The position numbers and the translations under genes are program-made. Below are positions 1 through 12,054 of a stretch of 64,000 bases of DNA, in pieces. Below the pieces are notes generated by a model. The model searched no databases. It was given only the letters and a program-made list of their open reading frames with translations, and was not told the DNA's origin. The stretch comes from Octopus vulgaris (taxonomy: Eukaryota), in assembly GCA_951406725.2 (NCBI GenBank), contig OX597819.1, forward strand, positions 25,048,001-25,112,000, given 5' to 3'. The number at the start of each line of letters is the position of its first letter. Within the stretch, counting starts at the first letter, position 1.

Positions 1-155
1 CATTGAAACCCTGAAGCTTTGGGGTAATGCATTATTAATTCAAGAGAATGTGAATAATAAGCATTACATTTGACAAAGTAATCTGAATGCTTAAAGGATA
101 ATATTTTATTGTGGCATGGGCCCCCTTCAAATATATCCCTAAGATAGTAAAAAAA

Positions 156-570
156 GCGCAGGAGGGGCTGTGTGGTAAGTAGCTTGCTAACCAACCACAT
201 GGTTCCGGGTTCAGTCCCACTGCGTGGCATCTTGGGCAAGTGTCTTCTGCTATAGCCCCGGGCTGACCAATGCCTTGTGAGTGGATTTGGTAGACGGAAA
301 CTGAAAGAAGCCTGTCGTATATATGTATGTATATATATATGTGTGTGTGTGTGGGTTGGTGTGTCTGTGTTTGTCCCCCTAGCATTGCTTGACAACCGAT
401 GCTGGTGTGTTTACGTCCATGTAACTAAGCGGTTCGGCAAAAGAGACCAATAGAATAAGTACTGGGTTTACAAAGAATAAGTCCCAGGGTCGATTTGTTC
501 AACTAAAGGCGGTGCTCCAGCATGGCCGCAGTCAAATGACTGAAACAAGTAAAAGAGTAAAAAGAGTAAA
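156..570 (+). mobile_element. tRNA-derived SINE type A, full length
   Basis: A-box-like GGCTGTGTGGTAAG, B-box-like GGGTTCAGTCCC, CORE-like CTTGGGCAAGTG, internal (TA)/(TG) microsatellite and (AGTAAAAG)n tail. There are about 10 well-conserved full or partial copies in the window. Confidence 0.9.
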
Positions 571-629
571 TAAATAAAAGAAAGCATTTGAAAACAATTG
601 TGAGGAAAAAGGATTTAAACATGTTTTGT

Positions 630-920
630 GAAGGTGCATGGATCAGTGGTTAGAGCGTCAAACTTATGACCGTCAGGTTGTGAGTTCGAATCCAGGACCA
701 GGCTGCGTGTTGTATTCTTGAGCAAGACACTTTATTTCATGTTGCTCCAGTTCACTCAGCTGTAGAAATGAGTTTCGACGTCACTGGTGCCAAGCTGTAT
801 CGGACTTTGCCTTTCCCTTGGATAGCATCGGTGGCATGGAGAGGGGAGGCTGGTATGCATGGGCGACTGCTGGTCTTCCATAAACAACCTTGCCCAGACT
901 TGTGCCTCGGAGGGGGGGGG
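630..920 (+). mobile_element. tRNA-derived SINE, type C head with a distinct 3' module
   Basis: TGGATCAGTGGTTAG...GAGTTCGAATCC boxes, then CTTGAGCAAGACACTTTATTTCA...GCTCCAGTTCACTCAGCTG, which is shared with 12055-12300. Confidence 0.75.
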
Positions 921-2560
921 GTCTCCAGTTATCAATACGAAAACTACTAATAATATTAGTAAAACATAATGGGATTTTGAAGAAGCTCTTAATTATATAT
1001 CATCATCATCATCATATATATATATATATTCTTTTATGGTTTTACTTGTTTCAGTCATTTGACAGTGGCCATGCTAGAACACTGCTTTAGTAGAATAAAT
1101 TACTCACTGGACTTATTCTTTGTAAGCCTAGTACTTATGCATGCATGTATACAAACAAACTAACAATGGGCTTCTTTCAGTTTTTGTCTACCAAATGCAC
1201 TCACAAGGCTCTGGTTGGCCTGAAGCAATAGTATATATTTTAAAAATTTGATACGTGTTTCTATCAGATTCTTTTGCTGATTCACTTTGTTTGACTAAAT
1301 AAAACTTTCCAAGGCTGTACCCATGCATGCTTGCAGTATTGTGACTGAAACAAGTAAGAGATAAAGGATGAAAAATGTGTGTGCGTGCGTGCATGTGTGT
1401 GTGTGCATGTCCTCTTGTCTTGACATTATATGATAGTTGCAAATAAGTGTTGATTGTTTCCAATTTTCTATGAAAGACACATTTAGCCATCGAGAAATAT
1501 AATTACCTGGTTTGGAAACAAGTGAGAGTTGGTAACAAGAAGGGCATCTGATCATAGAAAATCTGCTTCAAAGAATTCAGTCTGATCCATGCAAGTACGG
1601 AAATGACAGAATTTTATGTTATTAACGGCATAGAAATAAATTTTAGAAGAATTTCAACTTGGAAACTAGGTTATCAAACAGCTTAACTGCTGTTTAGTCT
1701 GTACTGATAATACTGCCTTGAGCAACAGTACCAATGTTGAAATATTGGTGTTGAAACAAGTGATTGCTTCACTTTAAAATAGCTGCAGATGTTTGTTTCT
1801 ATGCAATTTATTGGTGAGAAATACAAAGTGACTGACTGCTTCTTCTAGGTTTCATCCACAATGGCATTTAAATTTGTGTGTGTTTGTCACTGTTGACATA
1901 AAATACTCCTTATGTTGTTTAATCCCTGGTTATCTTTGTTTTAGTTAGCCAAGACCTATAATTAAAACAAAAAGATGTAGCAATCTTGATCATTTCACTT
2001 ATATCAAGAACTATATTATCCAATGTATTCTATTAAGCTGCAGGTCATACTTGAAGTGTGGTTGCTACTTCAAGTTGGATAAATTGCTGCATGGAGGCTT
2101 CCCTCAATGGCTTATGGTATAGATATTCTTAGGAAACATTAATTTTTGTCCAATAAAATTGTTTCTCTGAGAATTATACTATTCACATTCGATAAACAGA
2201 TGGTACTTGATTATTGTCCCTTTTATTATAAACTTTTATATTTTACTACAAGGTTATTCACTATCTTGCATATCTAATCAGGAATTTATAGTTATTTCAC
2301 ATTTTGGGGGTTTATTTTTATCCTACCTTCTCAGCATATATACAACACTATTCATCAGGTAGGTTTTCTATGGTGGGATATCCATCCTGATGCCAGCCCC
2401 CCGCCCCGTTTTCAAGTGAGGTAATGGTTTCCCTCCTATTCATCAATGGGGTGCACAAACACTTTCACATAAACACATATATGCACAATGGGAACTTCTG
2501 CATACCGAATTCAATCACAAGGCTGGTTTCAATCAGCCTCAGGCTATAAGTGGAACACAC

Positions 2561-2969
2561 TTACTCATACTCTTTTACTTGTTTCAGTCATTTGACTGCG
2601 GCCATGCTGGAGCACCGCCTTTAGTCGAGCAAATCGATCCCAGGACTTATTCTTTGTAAGCCTAGTACTTATTCTATCGGTCTCTTTTGCTGAAACGCTA
2701 AGTTACATGGACGTAAACACACCAGCATTGGTTGTCTAGCAATGCTGGGGGGACAAACACAGACACACAAACATATACATATACATACATACATGTATAT
2801 ATATATATGACAGGCTTCTTTCAGTTTCCGTCTACCAAATCCACTCCCAAGGCTTTGGTCGGCCCAAAGCTATAGTAGAAGACACTTGCCCAAAGTGCCA
2901 CGCAGTGGGACTGAACCTGGAACCATGTGGTTGGTAAGCAAGCTACTTACCACACAGCCACTCCTGCAC
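2561..2969 (-). mobile_element. SINE type A, full length
   Basis: Reverse complement of 156-570. Confidence 0.9.
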
Positions 2970-3054
2970 TTTATATAAATGAAATATATCATATTTCCTT
3001 TAAAAATGAAAATGAAATATGATATATTTCATTAAAAAATTTTTTTAAACTAAA

Positions 3055-3430
3055 ACCACATTATCACTATCAGCATCAATTATTAAATTAATATCACCAG
3101 TATCACATTATCATGATGATAATGATCATCATCATCACATTATCATTTTCATCTTTTATCATCACCACTCCCACCGAAATCTCCATCATCTCCATTGCCA
3201 TCATAACCAACACCATCATCTTCATTGCCATCATCACCATCAGCATTATCTCCATTACAGTCGTTACTGTTACCATCCTCATTATTTCTGTCCACATTAC
3301 CATATTACACTTATCATTTTGCTGTGATGACAATGATGATCATGAACCTCATCATCATTGTTGTCATCATCACTATCATTTCCATTATCATTCTCGCCAG
3401 TTTCACCATTGTCACCTCCGTTATAATAAC
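3055..3430. repeat. Degenerate (ATC/ACC)n low-complexity tract
   Basis: CATCATCAC-rich sequence that produces spurious Ile/His/Met ORFs. Confidence 0.85.
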
Positions 3431-3435
3431 CACCT

Positions 3436-3809
3436 GAGGAGGCGCAATGGCCCAGTGGTTAGGGCAGCGGACTCGCGGTTTCGATTCCCAGACCAGGCGT
3501 TGTGAGTGTTTATAGAGCGAAAACACCTAAAAGCTCCACGAGGCTCCGGCAGGGGATGGTGGTGATCCCTGCTGTACTCTTTCACCACAACTTTCTCTCA
3601 CTCTTACTTCCTGTTTCTGTTGTACCTGTATTTCAAGGGGCCGGCCTTGTCACTCTCTGTGTCACGCTGAATATCCCCGAGAACTACGTTAAGGGTGCAC
3701 GTGTCTGTGAAGTGCTCAGCCACTTACACGTTAATTTCACGAGCAGGCTGTTCCACTGATTCGGATCAACCGGAACCCTCATCGTCGTAACCGACAGAGT
3801 GCTTCCACC
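3436..3809 (+). mobile_element. tRNA-derived SINE type B with 11-bp target-site duplication (TSD)
   Basis: TGGCCCAGTGGTTAG A-box and GGTTTCGATTCCC B-box. TSD AATAACCACCT at 3425-3435 and 3810-3820. It has a 14-bp head deletion between TCGCGGT repeats relative to the 46737 and 53155 copies. Confidence 0.9.
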
Positions 3810-4493
3810 AATAACCACCTACATCAATTTCTCATAGCATGCTGGCATGAGTTGCCTGTTTCTAAAATACAGCATTCAATTCTACATGTATAATAACTTC
3901 ATCCAAAGTTACCAAACTTGAATCTAACTTGCTATAGGCATCACTGTTGAAGTACTTCCACTGCATCATCACCCAATCCACATCACTATTATGTTCAGAA
4001 TACAGCATCTCTTCTTCATATTACCTGTCCAAACCAATGGAATCATTTCTCCTGTATACATCTGCTGATACTTTTTATGCTCATGTTCTTACCTATTTCA
4101 CTCTGTTGAAATACACTTCACCTTTAATTATTTTTAAAGAGAAACCAGGATGGTAGCATCAACCTATATATATATATACATACACATGATGAACACACAT
4201 GCACTGTATATACATGATGTATACATACATGCATACATACACACACACATATGCATACACATATATACATACACACACACACATGCATACATACATACAT
4301 ACATACATACATTCATTCATTCATTCATTCAATCATTTATTTTCTGTCTTCTTTAAATTTTGATTCTTGATAAACTCATGTTTATCCTTGTCTTTACTTA
4401 TAATTTATGAGCATAATGTGCTTGTATATGTATGCCCATGGTTAAACATAGGTAATATACTGGATGCTTCTATCGCTTAGATGGTTATTTTAG

Positions 4494-4642
4494 CCTGTAA
4501 CTTAGAGACCGATAGAAGAGACCGATAGAATAAGTACTGGGCTTACAAAGAATAAGTCCCGGGGTCGATTTGATCAACTAAAGGCGGTGCTCCAGCATGG
4601 CCGCAGTCAAATGACTGAAACAAGTAAAAGAGTAAAAGAGTA
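4494..4642 (+). mobile_element. 5'-truncated SINE type A (tail only)
   Basis: Matches the 3' 140 bp of type A, with AGAGACCGATAGA duplicated at the 5' junction. Confidence 0.85.
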
Positions 4643-4926
4643 TATAATTCATTAAGAATACAGAGCATCCGAGTGTGACTTCGAAGTTTATCAGCAATAA
4701 TGTGTAAGCATGTATGTATTTGTAACTGTATATGTTGATATACATGTTTATTTAAAAAAAACAGTCTGCTTCTTGTTCTGTTTATATATCCATCTGTCAC
4801 TTAGCATATATATTCTTCATGAGGTATATATACAAGCAGATGTAGAAACGATGGTGGTAGCAGCTACGGATGTGGTAGCAGGATTGATATTGGTAGCACC
4901 AGTGGCAGTGTATGTGTGTAGGCCAT

Positions 4927-5145
4927 GAAGCACATGGCCTTGTGGTTAGGCTGTTGCACTCATGATTGCAGATGGAGCAGTGTGTTGTGTTCTTGAGCAA
5001 TCCACTTAATTTCACACTATCCCACAGGAGGGAATGTTGGCCTGCTGCTTCCAGTTGGGTAGCATCATTGGAAGGTTAAAATGATGCAACGTGCATTGTG
5101 ACCAGTGATGTGTAACAGCATCTGATACTCTGGCTGATCATGTGA
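4927..5145 (+). mobile_element. Degraded SINE with type C-like head
   Basis: TGGCCTTGTGGTTAG...TGTGTTCTTGAGCAA; the 3' part differs from the other type C copies. Confidence 0.5.
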
Positions 5146-5366
5146 ATGTATGCGTATGTGTATGTGTATAGATACACACATACTCATATACATATATACA
5201 TACATAACTATGTAATCATCATCATCATTTAATGTCCATCTTCCATGCTGGTATGGACTGGATGATTTGACAGGAGCCAGACATGTAGAAGACTACATCA
5301 GCCTACATATACATACATATATATATATATATATATATCTACATATATATATATATATATCATTAT

Positions 5367-5730
5367 CAGAATGATAATGCACCAATTCACACTGTTAAAG
5401 TTATTACTGAATGTCACAAGGAACATTCTAGTGAAGTTAAACATCTTATCTGACCACCACAGTGCCCAGATCTCAATATTATTGAACATTTATGGTGCAC
5501 TTTAGAAAAACAAGTAAGGAGTCGATATCTTCTATCATCATCACTACAAGAACTAGACACTGTTTTTGCTGAAGAATGGGCAAAAATTCCTTTGGAAACA
5601 ATTCAAACTTTGTACGAGTCCATACTTCATAGAATTCAAGCTGTAATTACTGCCAAAGGTGGTCCTACCCCATATTAAAATAGATTTCTTTGAAATTGTA
5701 AGGTGTTTCCATTATTTTGTCCAACCCCTG
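5367..5730 (+). mobile_element. Tc1-family DNA transposon 3' remnant (transposase pseudogene fragment plus right terminal inverted repeat)
   Basis: 5367-5678 translates QNDNAPIHTVKVITECHKEHSSEVKHLI*PPQCPDLNIIEHLW...EEWAKIP...RIQAVITAKGGPTPY*, with one in-frame stop at the conserved W. It ends ...GTCCAACCCCTG followed by TA. Confidence 0.92.
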
Positions 5731-5959
5731 TACATACACGTACAAAATGTTGATAAGTATTAAAGTTGAAGTTCTTGAAAGATGTTATAATTCTTCAATT
5801 GAAGTTGCTATTCTTAAAATACACAAACATTTAAAGTTCCCTACTCCAGTTATGTCTGAAATTATGATATATGGTATGGAGGGTGGTGTGAGGAAGAGGC
5901 TGGGAATGCTTCAGGAATTTATTTTAATAAGAATTCCTTTACATTTCTGTGTTTGTGCT

Positions 5960-6140
5960 TGCTTATATGTATATATCACTGTGTTTATATATATATATAT
6001 CCATATGTGAGATATATATATCTATGAGGGTATGTGTGTGTGTGTTGGTGTGTGTATATATATATATATGCACACACACACACACACATATATATATATG
6101 CACACACACAGATATATATATATATATGCATATATATATG

Positions 6141-6177
<37 letters not shown>

Positions 6178-6231
6178 GCATATATACTCTTTCTTTTATA
6201 CATTTTTATACATTTATATATATATATATAC

Positions 6232-6286
<55 letters not shown>
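5960..6286. repeat. Compound (TA)n/(CA)n microsatellite
   Basis: Directly visible. Confidence 0.95.
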
Positions 6287-6290
<4 letters not shown>

Positions 6291-6457
6291 ATCCAAACAA
6301 AAAAACACAACGCGAGGATGTCGAACAAATATAGTATTATTGGACGCTCAGGGAAGAAGGAGGGTTTAACGTTTCGAGCAGAGTTCATCGTCGGAAACAT
6401 AGGAGAAGGAAAGATCCCGAGAAGGGAAGACAGAGGAAAAAAAAATCGCCAGCGCTA
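6286..6457 (-). mobile_element. Probable Penelope-like element terminal fragment with a degenerate hammerhead motif
   Basis: An island inside (TA)n. The minus strand reads CCGACGA-TGAACTCTGCTC-GAAACGTT, a hammerhead-core-like arrangement. Confidence 0.4.
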
Positions 6458-7284
6458 CTATATATATACGTACACACACACACATACCGATATGGGGTAG
6501 TGGAGTGTGTGTTTCTTTTTCTTTTTGATAGTTGTAAAATGATTGTCACTGTCATTTATGTGCAATATTCTTAGAGTTCATGTCTAGCCATCTGGCCATA
6601 GAAAATCTGCCTCAATAAAACTTTGTGCAACTCATGCTAGCATAGAGAAGTGAATATTAAAATGATGATGATGAAGATATATATATATATATATATATAT
6701 ATACACTCACATATGCACACTATTACATATACTGCATATTCATACAGACATGTATATATGGAAGTGTAAATTGACATGTATGAGATTAAAGTAAATAGTT
6801 TTATAGTTTTAAGTTTCTGTCCCTCTAATTCTATTTGTCTTGACTCTCTTCTTTGTTGGTTCCAATAACTATACTATGACTATGTAAGGGTACTGGTAAG
6901 TATACAAATATGTATATACTTTATATCAGTGTGTGTACATGTATGTGTAGATGTGTATATGTAGATGCATATATAATAATGGTTTCAAATTTTGGCACAA
7001 GACCATCAATTTTAGGAGAGGAGGCAAATCAGTTATATCGAAACCCCACCCACCCCAGTGTTCAACTGGTGCTTAATTCATTGACTGTCCCATAGTGGTA
7101 TAGATTAATGCTAACTTTGTGAATAATTGAGTATAAGTATTGTAGGTAGGGGTTATCTAGATTTAAAAAGAAAATGTTAACACAAAGCTATAGTAGAATA
7201 CAGGGATTGAGGTTTTGAACTTTTAATGAAGAAAACTTTCAATGGGGAATAAAGTCATTTATTCAAATTTTGAAAGCAGGAAAT

Positions 7285-7335
7285 ATAAATATAAATATAT
7301 AAATATACACAAACACACACACATGTATGTATGTT

Positions 7336-7380
<45 letters not shown>

Positions 7381-7801
7381 GAGTGTATATATGTATGTAT
7401 ATGTATGGGTATGTATACATATATGTAAATATATATGAGTGTATATATGTATGTATATGTATGGGTATGTATACATATATATAAATATATATATGTATGT
7501 ATGTATGAGTGTATGTATGTATATATGTATAAATAAATATATATATATGTGCATGCATGTATGTATAAATATATATATGTGTATACGTATGTATATGTAT
7601 GCATATATATATATATATATGCATATGTATATGTGTGCATACATATGTATGCATATATTTGGATATATATACTTATGTATATGTGTATGTGTATACATGT
7701 ATATATGTGTATATATATATATACACACACATATAAATACACATATACATAACACAAACATATAAATAAATATACAATATATATATATATATATATATAT
7801 C

Positions 7802-7840
<39 letters not shown>

Positions 7841-7856
7841 CACATATAATATATAT

Positions 7857-7938
<82 letters not shown>

Positions 7939-8066
7939 TACACACATATATATATATACATGCATATATACACACACACACACACATATACATATATTTA
8001 TGTGTGCGTATGTGTATGTGTGTGTATATATGTATATATATATGTATGAGTATGTATATATATATA
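7285..8066. repeat. Large compound (TA)n/(TATG)n/(CA)n microsatellite
   Basis: Directly visible. It is the source of the 329-aa Y/I-rich ORF. Confidence 0.95.
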
Positions 8067-8793
8067 CCTCCGTATGTTCTTTGAAATAAACATGAAAGAA
8101 CACTAAACAAATAATCACAACGATAATTGCAAAAATAAATAATTGCAAAAATAAATAATAGCATCTTAGAGTGTGATGAAGTGCAAAGAATTGAAATGGG
8201 TCGAAAAGATCAATTTGTGGGTTAGAACATTGTAAAGGAATCAACTATTAGAGATGTAAGTTGTGGTGTTGAAGATGATGAAAGATTTCAAATAACAAAA
8301 CAATAGAAAAGGGAAGAAAATGAAATCAAAATTTGTGAATGTAGACAGGTGATGGAGGACAATAGAGAGTGTTAGTTTGATAGGAGGAGAGGAATGAGTA
8401 ATGTGTTTGATTGAGAAAGAGTGGGGGTAGGAGTGGTGCTTGGAGTGTATGTGAAAAAGTGTGTGGAGAAAAAGATAGTAAAATAAGCAGCAAATGTATG
8501 TAGAGTATAAAAGATAGAATGAATGAAGTGTAGGAATATATGAAGAGAAGTGATGGAGGGAAAGAGAAAGAGAAAGAAACTGACTGGAAGAAATAAAGAG
8601 AGAAAGAGAGAGAGAGAGAAAGGGGAAGTAAAGTGTAGAAGATAAGAAAAAAAGAAAAGATGATGGAAAGAGTGAAAAGATGGCAGAAAGATTAAAAAGG
8701 GAGGCGGAAAAAAAAGAAAGAAAAGAAAATATATTTGCATCATTTTGATCAATGGAGGGGGTGATTTATAGGGAGGAGTGAGTAAGCATGATG

Positions 8794-8824
<31 letters not shown>

Positions 8825-9839
8825 ATAGGAGAAAATGAGAATACAGAGAATAACAAATTTGAATCAAGGTGTATGTTGTTTTTGTGCCCCAAATTGTCTT
8901 TGATTGAGTAGACTTAGGATCAAAGGACACTTTAATCATGACCTTACTATCTTTTTTCTCCCCCTCACCCCCAACGCAATAATGTACCTTAGACTACATT
9001 AGGTACTGCTTTGGGTTTTTTTAAAATCCTTACTGTGCAGAAACTGAATACGATCAGTTTCTATTCTTAAGACACAGAAACTAAAGTTAACTCATTTTTG
9101 ATATGGGATACTTTTCAGATTTCTCCACTTTCCATATGATGTAGCATACATATTTTATTTTCACCGGACAACAATCAGAAGTGTTGCAAGAACTTGACCA
9201 TCACCAGCTAAAATCTGTATCAGTGCAGTGAAGGTTAAGATTCAGGTTGTATTTTCAAAGGAAATTCAGTTGCTATTTCTAGCAAGCTGAAGGATTGAAG
9301 GCCGACAAAGTGACTCCCATTGGTTTAAAAACTATGTTCTAAATGGTATATAGGTAGTGTGTTTGTGTGTGTGTGCATGCATTTGTGAATGTGTATATAT
9401 GTATATACTCACGCTTGCATGTGTTAAACATAGTAACTGGTTAGATGACTGACCTTACACATGGAATTCATTCTGGGAAAGAAATGATGAGAATTTCGTA
9501 TGAAACAAATACCTAGACATATTTGTATGCATGTGCACACATAGATTCACATATTCATTCATACCTGCATATCCAAATACAAATGTGCATTGACAATTGC
9601 ATAAAGATTAACAGATGTTAATTTCCATATGCAAACATGTGCAAATATATTCATAGATGCATCTGAAAAAATAATATGCTCCCACAAACACACGAGTGCA
9701 AACATTGCTATGTAGTAAAGAAGTTTGCTTTGCAGTTGCATAGCTTCTAGTTTGATTCTCATTGTGGTACTCTGAACATTTATCATAACCTTGAGTTGCG
9801 AAATACTTTGTGAGTGAAACTCGGTTGATAGAAACTGTG

Positions 9840-10283
9840 TGGTGAGCTGGTAGAAACGTTAGCACGCCGGGCGAAATGCTTAGCGGTATTTCGCTTATCT
9901 TTACGTTCTGAGTTCAAATTCCGCCGAGGTCAACTTTGCTTTTCATCCTTTTGAGGTCGATTGCATAAGTACCAGTTACACACTGGGGGCGATGTAATCG
10001 ACTTAATCCCTTTGTCTGTCCTTGTTTTTCCTCTCTATGTTTAACCCCTTGTGGGCAATAAAGAAATAAGAAATGTTAGCATGCTGGGCGAAATCTTAGT
10101 GGCATTTTGTCTGTCTTTACGTTCTGAGTTCAAATTCCACCAAGGTCAACTTTGGCTTTCATCCTTTCAAGGTCGATTAAATAAGTACCAGTTATGCACT
10201 GGGGTTGATATAATCGACTTAATCTGTTTGTCCTTGTTTGTCCCCTCTGTGTGTAGCCCCTTGCGGGCAGTAAAGAAATAAGA
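9840..10283 (+). mobile_element. SINE type D, head-to-tail dimer
   Basis: Two units of AGAAACGTTAGC...GAGTTCAAATTCC...CTTTCATCCTTT...AAAGAAATAAG. Flanked by the direct repeat AGAAACTGTGTGG at 9830-9842 and 10281-10293. Confidence 0.88.
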
Positions 10284-10329
10284 AACTGTGTGGAAGTCTG
10301 TTATATGTGTGTATTTGTGAGTGTGTGAA

Positions 10330-10622
10330 TGTGTTTGCATGCAATGGCAGGTGAGAGTTCCCTAATTTCTTGCTGAACCACCTGCACAGGTGATTTGTTC
10401 ATAGTGGTCAAATGATTGCACTGTACATATTAGTTCACTCCTTCCAACAAGTTGACATTTCTTGTACAGGTACTTGTGCTTCATGTCAGTTGTTGAAGTC
10501 CCCACAAAGCAACATGAGATGGAATGTTTTATTCAAGAACACAATGCACCACCCAGTAAGGATTTGAAACCATGATCTTGTGATTGTGAGTGCAACACTC
10601 TAACCACTTAGCCGTGCACCTT
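10330..10622 (-). mobile_element. Older SINE with type C-like tRNA head
   Basis: The reverse strand begins AAGGTGCACGGCTAAGTGGTTAGAGTG. The 3' part also occurs at about 25045-25170. Confidence 0.6.
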
Positions 10623-10907
10623 CATTTTTTAAAAAAATGTTTTTATGTATTTGCATGTATGTATATGTATATTTTTCATCAATATGTATTGTTGAAGGAT
10701 ATAAACATCAGCTAAAGCCAAAAAATAAAAAAAATAAAAATTTTAAAATAAAGTCCTTTGTGATATTTTTTCTGCATTTAGTTGCTGACACTCCCTTGTC
10801 ACTTTTGCCAATAGAAATGCAGTGAAGCAGTGGGTGGTCTGTTGAAAACCTGAAACTCATGACTCTATCGCTTACTAGTTCTGATTATAAAATAAATAAA
10901 TACATGT

Positions 10908-11285
10908 ATGTAAAAAGCACTATCCGAATCGTGGCCGATGCCAGCGCCGCCTCGACTGGCTTCCGTGCCGGTGGCACGTAAAAAGCACCATCCGAATCGT
11001 GGCCGATGCCAGTGCCGCCTCGACTGGTTTCCGTGCCGGTGGCACGTAAAATGCACCAATCCAACCGTGGCCAATGCCAGCCTCGCCTGGCACCTGTGCA
11101 GGTGGCATGTAAAAAGCACCCACTACACTCACGGAGTGGTTGGCGTTAGGAAGGGCATCCAGCTGTAGAAACACTGCCAGATCAGACTGGGCCTGATGCA
11201 GCCTTCTGGCTTCTCAGATCCCCGGTCGAACCGTCCAACCCATGCTAGCATGGAGAACGGACGTTAAACTCTGATGATGATGATG
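10908..11285 (+). mobile_element. Non-autonomous retroelement type E with three internal tandem units and a (GAT)n tail
   Basis: Units at 10910-10977, 10978-11045 and 11046-11108, then GAGTGGTTGGCGTTAGGAAGGGCATCCAGCTGTAGAA...CATGCTAGCATGG...(GAT)n. Confidence 0.85.
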
Positions 11286-11790
11286 CACACAAGCACACTT
11301 ATTTGTTCTAATACAGACAAGATATTACTTCCAAACAAATTGAGAACATCTACCGAAATACAAAGCATAAGAATTAAGGCAAAATAAAAAAGCACATTCA
11401 TGTAGTAAAAAAACTTTTAATTCTGATTAGTTTAAAATTCATACTCTTCTGCTGTTTCTTTTGTATCAAACTATTTCATATTTTATTCTTAGTTTAGATT
11501 ATTTTTTATTTTCAATCTTTTTTTTAAAATTTTTACTTCATCTATTCGCCTTTCTTTTCCACCATTCATGTTTTCTGATCATCAATCTCTTTTTCTGTTT
11601 TAAGCAGCTGCTTGCTATATTAAGGGCATGTTTCTCTTGATGAATGTATGTGTACATCTGTGTGTATTTATGTATGTATTTTCATGTGTGTGTGAGTATA
11701 TGTGCAATGTGTGCATATATTTAAGTAATTGCATGTGGATATGTATACAATCATAAGGATAGTGTATTTGTGTGTGTATGTGTGTGTATG

Positions 11791-11846
<56 letters not shown>

Positions 11847-11998
11847 AGTAGTTGAATGAATTATCTTATTAAGGATAATTCGAATTAACCGATACCTGGG
11901 TAGCAAATTCACATCAGAAAAAACATGGTTGAAGTTACGTGCCTAGGGCATGGATTACGTGCTTTCGTGTGGAAATTTGTATGTTTATTTTAAAAAAA

Positions 11999-12040
<42 letters not shown>

Positions 12041-12054
12041 AATAAATAAATGTA

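Noticed and set aside
3436-3510. tRNA genes at the SINE heads
   Set aside because: A and B boxes are present, but I see no convincing cloverleaf. They continue into SINE bodies with TSDs.
3502-3759. Recurrent ORF MVVIPAVLFHHNFLSLLLP... (four copies) and the SINE-A ORFs
   Set aside because: The recurrence reflects SINE copy number. Starts and stops vary, and there is no sign of coding constraint.
7255-8244. The 329-aa ORF and similar long Y/I/C/V/H-rich ORFs (16315-17223, 17533-18180, 21771-22619)
   Set aside because: They are translations of microsatellites and minisatellites that lack stop codons; no domain-like content.
11075-11110. HDV-ribozyme-like CCAGCCTCGCCTGGC in element E units
   Set aside because: It resembles HDV P3/L3 locally, but I could not find consistent P1, P2 or J4/2 elements.
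10910-11120. CRISPR-like array (repeat TGGCACGTAAAAAGCACC with intervening sequence)
   Set aside because: The intervening segments are homologous to each other, the context is eukaryotic and no cas genes are present. It is an internal tandem repeat of element E.
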